NCBI GenBank assembly: GCA_046292385.1 | Contig: JBKBRF010000003.1 | Coordinates: 64,001-128,000, forward strand | Reading direction: 5' to 3' | Origin: Armatimonadota bacterium | Lineage (GTDB): Bacteria > Armatimonadota > SYMT01 | Length of the DNA stretch: 64,000 bases | In this document: positions 56,367-64,000 of the stretch, piece after piece | How positions within the stretch are numbered: position 1 is the stretch's first letter | Layout: the number at the start of each line of letters is the position of its first letter | Notes under the pieces: model-generated | Told to the model about the DNA's origin: nothing | Seen by the model: the letters and a program-made list of their open reading frames with translations, nothing else | The model's database searches: none | Translations under genes and position numbers: made by a program

Positions 56367-57353
56367 CTACCGGACCCGGGGCAGCGATTGCTTCGCTGGC
56401 GCCGGCACGGCGCCCGGGCGGGGAAGCGTGTCGGCGCTGGAGTTAGGCTCCGCCGGGAGGGGGAGGCTGGTGAACGGGTCGGTCAACTCCTGGATCCGGC
56501 GGGCCGCTTCTTGCAAAGCCTCACGGGTAGCGGGCTCCTGCTGGAGACGGTCCGCGGCGATAAGCCGCAGGTCTCGCAGCACGCCCCGCAGCTCCGGACT
56601 GGGTCGGCGCTCTCCGATCCGCACCAGCGCTTCCGCCACGGCGCGAGAGAGCTCTCCCTGCGCTCGCCGCCGGTTGAAGTAGGCGTGGAACGCCCAGCCA
56701 ATCCATATCGCGGGAAGGAGCCCGCCGATCCGGGCCACGATGGTGCTGTAGATAAGACCGGAGAGCACCGCCGCGGCCAGGATCAGCATGAGGCCGCCGG
56801 TCACCGCCTGCAGGACGACCGACCCACCGACGAGCGACTCGCGCAGGGCGCTGCAGAGCGGCTGAACGGCGCGCTCATCGCCGATCTCTCCGAGAGCGCG
56901 CACCACCGCCACGCGCACTCGCCAGTCGTGGTCCCGCAGCATCCGGATGAGCACCGGAACGCACTCCGGCAGCGCCAGCCGCTGCAGCGCCTCCGCTACC
57001 GTCCGACGGAGGGTGGGGTCGAGAGAGCTCCTCGCCCACTCCAGAGCTTCCACAGCGGCGGGACCGCAGAAGCCGAGCGCCCATGCCGCGCTGCAGCTCA
57101 CGCTGCTCACCCCGGTCTTCAAGCGCCAGGTCAGCCGTCGGATTGCGGGGAGGCCCAGCTGCGCCAGCGCGTGAGCGACGGCGGTGCGGACCCCCTCGTC
57201 CTCGTCGCTCAGCGCACGGCAGAGCGGGTCGATCCCGCGCTCCCCACACGCGGCGAGCGCCTCCGCCGCGGCCCGCCGCTCGGCCGGATCTTCCGAGTCG
57301 AGGCGTGCCGTGTAGAGGTGGACTTCGTTCCAGCTCGGGGGAGTGGGTGCCAT
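56367..57353 (-). CDS. HEAT-repeat membrane protein, array member 8 (first transcribed)
   Basis: Same architecture. Confidence 0.85.
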   Translation of the reverse strand: MAPTPPSWNEVHLYTARLDSEDPAERRAAAEALAACGERGIDPLCRALSDEDEGVRTAVAHALAQLGLPAIRRLTWRLKTGVSSVSCSAAWALGFCGPAAVEALEWARSSLDPTLRRTVAEALQRLALPECVPVLIRMLRDHDWRVRVAVVRALGEIGDERAVQPLCSALRESLVGGSVVLQAVTGGLMLILAAAVLSGLIYSTIVARIGGLLPAIWIGWAFHAYFNRRRAQGELSRAVAEALVRIGERRPSPELRGVLRDLRLIAADRLQQEPATREALQEAARRIQELTDPFTSLPLPAEPNSSADTLPRPGAVPAPAKQSLPRVR

Positions 57354-57416
57354 GGTCGGTGACGGGCCGTCCGGTCTCCGTTACTGAAACGGCGAAATCC
57401 CTCCGTCGTTGCGGGG

Positions 57417-57830
57417 TCAGTCTCCCGCGCTCTCCGCCAGCAGCCGCTCCACTTCCGCCGGGAGGCTGGGCCGGCCGCGGTCGTTGATTCCGGTCCCGAT
57501 CACGCGCCCCCGCAGGATCGGCTTGCCGTCCGGCAGCCGGAAGATCTCCTGCGTGAAGCCGAAGCGGAGGCGGGAGACGCGGTCGACGCTGACCCGCACC
57601 TCGAAGCGGTCCCCGCTGCGGAGCGGGTAGAGGTAGTCGAGCTCGATCCGTGCCACCACCAGGTTCACGCCGTCCCGGGAGAGCTGCGCGAAATCGATCC
57701 CGCGCGACTTCAGGAAGAGGTGGCGGGTATGCTCCAGGTAGTTCTGGTAGACGGCGTTGTTGACGATGCCCTGGAGGTCGCACTCGTAATCGCGCACCTC
57801 CAGCTCCAGCCGGTAAAGAGAGTTGTCCAT
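57417..57830 (-). CDS. Acyl-CoA thioesterase (YbgC/FadM, 4HBT hotdog family)
   Basis: LEVRDYECDLQGIVNNAVYQNYLEHTR motif. Confidence 0.92.
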   Translation of the reverse strand: MDNSLYRLELEVRDYECDLQGIVNNAVYQNYLEHTRHLFLKSRGIDFAQLSRDGVNLVVARIELDYLYPLRSGDRFEVRVSVDRVSRLRFGFTQEIFRLPDGKPILRGRVIGTGINDRGRPSLPAEVERLLAESAGD

Positions 57831-57962
57831 GCGTTCGTTGCAAGCACCCGGGTCAAGGAAGGGTGCCCTCGAGAGGGTTGTTCGCCAGCCGTGCGCCAAA
57901 TCCCGCCGCGAATCGCGATGAAATGGCATGGCCAGTGCTTCGGATCCGCACCAGAAACCCGC

Positions 57963-58259
57963 GGCGTCCGCAGGTGCAGCCGTTAGGCTGCGCCGGAGGA
58001 TGCCACCTGTGACCACCCCTTGGGAAAGGGGTGGTTGCTCGAAGGGCCGGGGGGCAGCCCGTGAACCCTGCCTCTGGCCCAGTAGAGCGCAGTGGCGCGG
58101 GTACGGCAAACCGGAAGGCACGCCTGGAGCGGCCTGCTAGCGGAGCGAAGCGGAGTGTGAAAAGGCCGCGGAGGGCCTTCGTCGCGGGAGGGCTGCCCCC
58201 CGGCACAAGGGCACGGGGTCGGACCTCCGACACCAACGCTGGTCCTCGGCAAGAGGCAG
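57963..58259. repeat. ~295-nt structured dispersed element, copy B (inverted relative to copy A)
   Basis: See copy A; hairpin accacccctt-ggga-aaggggtggt corresponds to the copy A palindrome. Confidence 0.7.
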
Positions 58260-58455
58260 AATCCTGCGGCACACGGCTGCTCATCCCGAGGCCCTGCTGG
58301 CGCGGGGCGCGAAAGCAAGCCTCCGTACTGGGGGCAAGCATTCGCACTCCAGGGACCAGACCGAGGCGTCGTCTGGTATACCCTTGCCCGGATTGGTTCT
58401 CGACAGAGATGCTGTAGGCCAGCGATAGCTGTCGAAGAGAAGCACATCGCACCCG

Positions 58456-59562
58456 ATGACCCACTTCCACCTCGCCTACTACATCAGCAGTCACGGCTAC
58501 GGTCACGCCCGGCGCTCCACCCTGGTCGTCCAGGCGCTCCTCCGGCGCTTTCCGGAGATCCGGATCTCCCTCCGCACCACGGCGCCCGCGGCGCTTTTCC
58601 AGGAGCTGCTCGGACCTCGCGTGGAGCGGGCGGAGGTGGCTCTCGATCCGGGCGCGGTGGAGCGGAGTCCGCTGGCAATTGACCCGGCGGCGACTCTCTC
58701 CGCGGTCCGCCGGGCGCTGGCGGAGCGGGGGACCGTGGTCGCGGCGGAGGCGGCGGCGCTGCGGGAGTCGGGCTGCCGGCTGGTAGTAGCCGACATCCCG
58801 TTCCTGGCGGGTGAGATCGCCGCGCGGGCGGGGGTGCCGTGCGTGGGGATCAGCAACTTCACGTGGGACTGGATCTTCGAGCCGCTCTTCGCCGGGCTGC
58901 CGGGCGGCACGGAGGCGCTGGCGCAGGTGCGGCGCGGCTACGGAGAGTTCGAGGCGCTGCTGCGGCTGCCGTTCGGCGGCGTCTCCCCGGCCGTGCGGCG
59001 GGTCGTCCCGGTGCCGCTCCTCGGGCGGAGGTCGGCGGCCGACCCGCGGGCGGTGCTGGCGCGGATCGGGGTCGCGGCGGGCGACGACCGTTCCCGCGTG
59101 CTCCTGGGGCAGCGCGGCGGGCTTCCGCCGGAGGTGCTGCGCCGGGCGGCGCAGGGCGCGCCGGAGCTGCTCTTCCTGGCGCCGGGGGCGGAGGGGGCGC
59201 CGCTCCCGAACGTGCTTCCGCTGCCTCCCGCCGTCGGCAGTAGCTTCAGCGACCTCCTGGCGGTGAGCGACATCGTGCTGGCCAAGCCGGGCTGGGGCAT
59301 CCTGGCAGACTGTATTGCCGCGGAGACGGCGCTGCTCTGGCCGCCCCGGGAGGGATTCCGCGAGGACGCGGTCGCCCTGGCGGAAGCGCGGCCGTACCTC
59401 CGGCAGCGCCGCCTGCCGCCGGAGCGGCTCCACTCCGGCGACTGGGCCGCCGACCTCCGCGCGCTCCTGCAAGAGCCGCCCCCGGAAGCGCGTCCCCGCC
59501 TGGACGGTGCGGAGGTCAGCGCGGGGCTGTTGGCGGAGTGGCTGGAAGCGGTGGGGGATTGA
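58456..59562 (+). CDS. GT-B glycosyltransferase-like protein (similar to the N-terminal domain of L-arabinokinase)
   Basis: YYISSHGYGHARR, VVADIPF, ISNFTWDWIF, DIVLAKPGWG, PREGFRED motifs. Confidence 0.8.
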   Translation: MTHFHLAYYISSHGYGHARRSTLVVQALLRRFPEIRISLRTTAPAALFQELLGPRVERAEVALDPGAVERSPLAIDPAATLSAVRRALAERGTVVAAEAAALRESGCRLVVADIPFLAGEIAARAGVPCVGISNFTWDWIFEPLFAGLPGGTEALAQVRRGYGEFEALLRLPFGGVSPAVRRVVPVPLLGRRSAADPRAVLARIGVAAGDDRSRVLLGQRGGLPPEVLRRAAQGAPELLFLAPGAEGAPLPNVLPLPPAVGSSFSDLLAVSDIVLAKPGWGILADCIAAETALLWPPREGFREDAVALAEARPYLRQRRLPPERLHSGDWAADLRALLQEPPPEARPRLDGAEVSAGLLAEWLEAVGD

Positions 59563-59638
59563 AGCAGGCCGGGAGCGGGTAATAGGGGCGCGGTGGGCCG
59601 ACACGAGCGCGGCCAGGCAGAGAGCCAGAAAACGACGA

Positions 59639-59668
59639 CGGGCCGCCGGAAGCTCTTCCGGCGGCCCG
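59639..59668. terminator. Hairpin between convergent genes
   Basis: cgggccgccggaag-ct-cttccggcggcccg. Confidence 0.65.
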
Positions 59669-59692
59669 CTGTCTCGTGTCGCCACGTTCAGC

Positions 59693-62600
59693 CTATTCGT
59701 CTGTTTCCTCCGCCGGCGCCTCCGAGAGCGCGAGCGGTTCTCGCGGCTTCAGCGCCGGGTTGCGGAGCGGACGGCTGGCGACCCGCCGGCTCCGGAGCGA
59801 GGGGGCCGCGGAGGCCGCCATCACTTCCTTCAGCACCGCCGGCTGGTTATCCACCCACTGCTTCAGGAGCAGGTAGCCCTCATCCTGCGGCAGGTAGCGG
59901 CGTCCGCCCTGGTGGCCGTCCTCCGTGCCGTCCTGCACGTTGAGCGGCTTGCGGAGGATCTTGCTCTTCTCCAGGTCCATCAGGTTCACCCGCGCCTGCA
60001 TCTCCCGGTAGTTGTAGAGGAGGTCCGGTACGGAGATGTAGCCGAACTCGTCCACCGGCTTGAGGTAGAACGAGGGGACTCGCGCCTGGATGCCGTGGCA
60101 GCCGAGACACGCGACCTGATCGGAGCGCTTCACGCGGGCCAGCTCCGGCATCACGTAGTCGCGGAAGAAGGTGAGGTCCTTCAGGAACCCGGGAGAGACC
60201 TTGCCGTCTTCCGTGAGCCACTTGCCGGGCCGCTTCTCCGCCTGCAGCGCCTTCACCACGTCCGGCACGAACTGCTCGGAGCCCTGCTTGAGCACGTTGC
60301 CGGCGATCTTCGTGAGCCGCTCGTCCTTCTCGACCTCCAGCAGCTTGCTCAGGGCCAGCAGGACCTCCGGGTTCTTCCGGACCGCCGTCTGGTTGGAGAT
60401 CCGCACCGCGGCGGCGCGCGTCTCCTTCGGCGCGTCCGGCTTCAGGGCGTCGAGGTAGAGCTGCAGCGCCTGGTCCTTCACGATCAGGCCCGGGTGCACC
60501 TGCTGCGGCGCGTTCGGATCCGGGTTGGCCGGCATCTGCGGCAGGTCCAGCTTGTGCTCCAGGATCCAGGGCACGCTGCGGACCCAGAAGTGCCGCTCCA
60601 GGTCGTTGCGGAACTCCTTCGGCACGTACTGCTCGAAGACAATCTCCTTGTGCAGGTCCGGGTTGCTCGCCAGCACGCCTCCCAGCCGGTCGGCCAGGTA
60701 CCACTGCGCCTGCATCTCCCGCTCCAACTCGCCGCGCTTGCCGGCGTCGGCCATCGCCTTCAGCTCTTCCGCGCTCACGTAGCGGTCGAACTTGGGGATC
60801 ATCAGGTTGAAGAAGTGGCGCTGCTGCTCGCGGTCGTCCGGGATCACCCAGTTGACGGTGCCGAACAGCTCGAGCACCGGATCGGAGAGCGAGGCCCGCC
60901 GGGCCGGCTCCGCCGCGCCGCGCTTCACCTGCTCGATGAGCGGCTCCACCCGTTCGGTCGCGGCCTGGAGCATGGCGGAGCGCGGGTCGGAGAGCGCCGC
61001 GGCAGCCGCCTGCCGCAGCTCTTCCGGCGCCTTCAGGGTGTAGTCGACCAGGAACTCCTGCAGCGGGCCGTGCGGCACGTTGGCGGCGCCTTCCAGCCCG
61101 GCCAGGATCGCCGACTTCTGCTCGGCGGGGAGCACCTCGCGGAGGTAGACCACCACCGCCTGCCCGATCGCCGCGCCGGCGCCCGGCGTGCTGTAGCCGA
61201 GCTGTCCGGGGCCGCCGTCGCCACCCGCGGTCTGGTAGAAGGTGCCGGCCACCGCCACCAGCCGCCGCGCCACGCGGGACTTGGTCGCGGCGTCGGCCTT
61301 TTCCAGCCGCCCGCGGATCGCCTCGAAGAGCGTCGCCAGCTCTTTATACTGGTGCTCGCTGGAGGCGTTCGCCTTATGACCGTTCGCGATGAAGAGCGCG
61401 TGGCTGGCGTAGCGGTTGTTGTTCTCCACCAGCGCGTTCGGCTCCGGCCGCTCCAGCATGCGGAGCCACGACTGGTTCACGGCGGCGCGGATCGGCGGGT
61501 TCCAGATCCACCACTGCCAGGCCGCCTTGGAGGCGTAGGCGCGGACCGCCGGATGCTTGTCCTCGTTCATCGCGCGGTCGAGCAGGCGGCTCAGCCGGTT
61601 CCAGCTCACCTTGCTCTCCGGCAGCACCGCGTCCGCGCGCATGCCGAGCGCCTGGAGCACGCCCTCGCGGGTGTAGTCGCCGCCCTTCTCGTAGGCGGTG
61701 AAAGCCGCCTCCCAGCCGCGGTCATCCAGCAGGTTCTGCTTGAGCGCCCAGATGGCGGCGTCGCGCACCGGCTTGGCCGGCTCGTTGAGCGCCGCCACCA
61801 GCACCGGTACTCCCGCGTCGGTGGGGGCCGCGCCGAGGCCGATCATGCCCCAGTAGCGGACCAGGGTGTTCGGGTGCTTCGCCGCCTGGACCATCAGGTC
61901 GGCGAGCTTGCGGTCGCCGGTCATCGCCAGGGCCTGCACGCGGCGCATGGTCGCCAGCAGCGTCTCCTCCGGCTTGGGAGTGAAGTCACTCCGCTGCGGC
62001 ACGCGCGGCTGCACCGGATAGAGCGGTCCGAGCGCGCGCAGCGCGTAGGCGGAGGTGACGAAGCCGGTGATGGCGGCCCGGTTCCAGCGTCCGTTCGGGT
62101 CCTGCATCCGCAGGAGCGCGTCGACCGCCTTCTTCACCGTCGGGTCGTCCTTGCCGAGACCGGAAGAGACGAGGCCGATCAGCGCCATGGAGGTGGGAGA
62201 CGGATCCCAGTCGTTCTCCGCCCGTTTCCAGGTGGCGCCGCCGTCGTTGGTGGTGCCGGGGCTGTAGCCCCAGGAGCCGTCGTCATTCTGGATCGCCCGG
62301 AGCCGCGCAACGTCCCTGGCGATCTGCTCCTTCACCTTCTGGACGAAGGCGGTCACCTCCGCCGGGGTGCCGTTCACCTTCGCTCCGGCCGCCTGCTCCG
62401 CCGCAGCCGCCTTCGCGGCCTCGGCGGGATAGCGGTCGATCGGGAACGCGCGGCCGAAGAAGTCGAGCCGCACGCCGACGTCGTCGGTAAACCGCGGCTG
62501 GTAGGCCAGGAGCTTCCGGGCCTTGTCTTCGACGCCGCGGAAGAACTTCGGATCGCCGGTCCTCTTCCAGCTCTCGTTCAGGATCTCGCCGGAGAAGAGC

Positions 62601-64000
62601 CAGACGATGTTCTGCCCGTAGTTGGAGCCCGGCCCGGCCGCGTTGATCCCGCCCGGGTCGTTCGTCTGGAGCATGTAATTGGCGGTCCGGAGCTGCTGCT
62701 TGGAGTGCAGCTTCTTCGGTGCCTGGATCTTTTCGGTGTTGACGATGTTAAAGCCGGCGGCGCGGGTGCCGGCCGGACCATCGCCGATATCGAGCGGCGC
62801 CAGGCTGGTGTTGACCGCGGCGTCCTTCAGCTCGTTGGTCGGGCGCAGGCACTCGTACATCAACTGCTGCAGGTGCCAGAAGTTCTGCGGCTGCTCCACC
62901 GGGTAGCCGTTCTGGATCGGCACGGCCGGGCCCCAGATGCCGCTGTGGGTGTGGCAGCTCATGCATTGGGTGCCGAGCAGGTTGCCGGTATCGCGAATGC
63001 GGCGGTCGACACTGGCGCCGCGGGGACGGCTGCTGAGCCAGGCGTCGACCTGCCCGATCTGCAGGTACATCCCCTGGCGGACCGCCATGCGGGGATCGCG
63101 GTATGGGGCGGGGCGCAGCACGCGGAGCTGCAGGGCGTAGCTCGGCGCGTTCGCTTCCACGCGGAAGTAGTAGCTCTTGCCCGGCTGGAGGATGCGGGTG
63201 ATGCTGCTCCGGAACTCCTCCTCCTGCTGGTGAGGGCGCTCGTTCGGATCGCGTCCTTCCGGCCACTCGATCTGCTTGTTCTCCTGCCACGGCAGCCGCT
63301 GCGGGTTGACCTTCCCGAAGAACTCCTTTACCGGCAGCAGCGCGCCCAGCGGCACGGCGGGGCTCGCGCCATCGCCCAGCTCGTAGCAGCGGAGCCGGGC
63401 GGCGAGGAACTGGCCCGGGATGCTGAGCTGCGCGGTCACCAGGCGGGGCTCGCTCCCCTTCACTTCGACGCGGAACCAGTCGTCGCCGGAGCGGCCGACC
63501 TTTCCGTTGTCGAAGTACTCCACGTCGTCGGAGGTGCCGGTGATCTCGTAGGTGCGCACGTCGTCATTCGGCACCAGCGCGAGGTACTGCGCCTGCTCCG
63601 GGGTATCGTTCGGCTCCGCCTCCAGCAGTCCGGAGTGCTTCTGGTGCTGCGCGTCGGTGCCGAGGTCGATCGGGCGCAGCTCCACCGAAACCGGCGCGCT
63701 GGTGCCCTGGGGCCAGGGGGTGCGGCTCGGCGCCGGGAAGAGGTCCGGCGCCGTTCCCTTCTCCCGCCAGCGCGGGCCCGCACCGACCGGCGCCTCGTCG
63801 ACCACCGGCACCAGCCGCAGCCGGTAGGTGCCGGTGACGGGGGCCCGGTAGACCATGTAGAGGTCGCCGTCGAGCGCGTGGAGCACCTTGCGCCAGTCCG
63901 CGGTCGGCCGGGTGTAGATCCCCTCCGCGTCGACCTTCCGCGGCCCGTTCTCCGGCGTAGCGACCACGTCCGCCGGGTTGGCCGGCGTGACCAGGGTCCA
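59693..64000 (-). CDS. Large multidomain protein (>1420 aa, 5' end outside window): PPC-like, prenyltransferase/QW-like repeats, HEAT repeats, two CxxCH
   Basis: EAEPNDT; CMSCH; IQNDDGSWG; MQDPNGRW; HEAT units; CLGCH...SKILRKPL...HQGG; frame open to the window edge. Confidence 0.8.
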   Translation of the reverse strand, partial: WTLVTPANPADVVATPENGPRKVDAEGIYTRPTADWRKVLHALDGDLYMVYRAPVTGTYRLRLVPVVDEAPVGAGPRWREKGTAPDLFPAPSRTPWPQGTSAPVSVELRPIDLGTDAQHQKHSGLLEAEPNDTPEQAQYLALVPNDDVRTYEITGTSDDVEYFDNGKVGRSGDDWFRVEVKGSEPRLVTAQLSIPGQFLAARLRCYELGDGASPAVPLGALLPVKEFFGKVNPQRLPWQENKQIEWPEGRDPNERPHQQEEEFRSSITRILQPGKSYYFRVEANAPSYALQLRVLRPAPYRDPRMAVRQGMYLQIGQVDAWLSSRPRGASVDRRIRDTGNLLGTQCMSCHTHSGIWGPAVPIQNGYPVEQPQNFWHLQQLMYECLRPTNELKDAAVNTSLAPLDIGDGPAGTRAAGFNIVNTEKIQAPKKLHSKQQLRTANYMLQTNDPGGINAAGPGSNYGQNIVWLFSGEILNESWKRTGDPKFFRGVEDKARKLLAYQPRFTDDVGVRLDFFGRAFPIDRYPAEAAKAAAAEQAAGAKVNGTPAEVTAFVQKVKEQIARDVARLRAIQNDDGSWGYSPGTTNDGGATWKRAENDWDPSPTSMALIGLVSSGLGKDDPTVKKAVDALLRMQDPNGRWNRAAITGFVTSAYALRALGPLYPVQPRVPQRSDFTPKPEETLLATMRRVQALAMTGDRKLADLMVQAAKHPNTLVRYWGMIGLGAAPTDAGVPVLVAALNEPAKPVRDAAIWALKQNLLDDRGWEAAFTAYEKGGDYTREGVLQALGMRADAVLPESKVSWNRLSRLLDRAMNEDKHPAVRAYASKAAWQWWIWNPPIRAAVNQSWLRMLERPEPNALVENNNRYASHALFIANGHKANASSEHQYKELATLFEAIRGRLEKADAATKSRVARRLVAVAGTFYQTAGGDGGPGQLGYSTPGAGAAIGQAVVVYLREVLPAEQKSAILAGLEGAANVPHGPLQEFLVDYTLKAPEELRQAAAAALSDPRSAMLQAATERVEPLIEQVKRGAAEPARRASLSDPVLELFGTVNWVIPDDREQQRHFFNLMIPKFDRYVSAEELKAMADAGKRGELEREMQAQWYLADRLGGVLASNPDLHKEIVFEQYVPKEFRNDLERHFWVRSVPWILEHKLDLPQMPANPDPNAPQQVHPGLIVKDQALQLYLDALKPDAPKETRAAAVRISNQTAVRKNPEVLLALSKLLEVEKDERLTKIAGNVLKQGSEQFVPDVVKALQAEKRPGKWLTEDGKVSPGFLKDLTFFRDYVMPELARVKRSDQVACLGCHGIQARVPSFYLKPVDEFGYISVPDLLYNYREMQARVNLMDLEKSKILRKPLNVQDGTEDGHQGGRRYLPQDEGYLLLKQWVDNQPAVLKEVMAASAAPSLRSRRVASRPLRNPALKPREPLALSEAPAEETDE

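Noticed and set aside
49366..56480. LPRVG as a sortase LPxTG-type signal
   Set aside because: No hydrophobic segment and basic tail follow the motif, and the proteins lack signal peptides.
59693..64000. Squalene-hopene cyclase call
   Set aside because: Only two QW-like motifs, no DXDD catalytic motif, and a different architecture.

Overview
A 64-kb, very GC-rich bacterial window. The pilin-like gene ([29 protein letters not shown]...H-X9-DG) is of the style I associate with Armatimonadota; this lineage call is inference only. I see no rRNA, tRNA, CRISPR array or transposase. In order, the window holds: a LacI-linked hemicellulose-debranching locus (dual esterase, GH95, GH51, GH43); stress/redox genes (SDR, glutathionyl-hydroquinone reductase, aldo-keto reductase) among short tandem repeats; an SBBP/FN3 surface protein; a PAS histidine kinase; and a DUF1559-pilin/CRTAC1/TPR/heptaheme-cytochrome locus. 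The strongest candidate for an undescribed system follows at 36.7-39.6 kb. It is a RiPP-like unit with a 64-aa peptide (leader plus (DADGT)4 Asp-rich core), an intergenic hairpin, a JmjC/ROXA-NO66-type hydroxylase and a coupled sucrase/ferredoxin-GNAT fusion. Further on are eight tandem HEAT-repeat membrane-protein paralogues with a hypervariable TM hairpin and a conserved LPLP/LPRV/LPRV tail. Two diverged inverted copies of a ~295-nt structured non-coding element (42.2 and 58.0 kb) show compensatory stem changes. The window ends in a large, truncated prenyltransferase-repeat/HEAT/CxxCH protein. All family calls come from motif recognition, not database searches.
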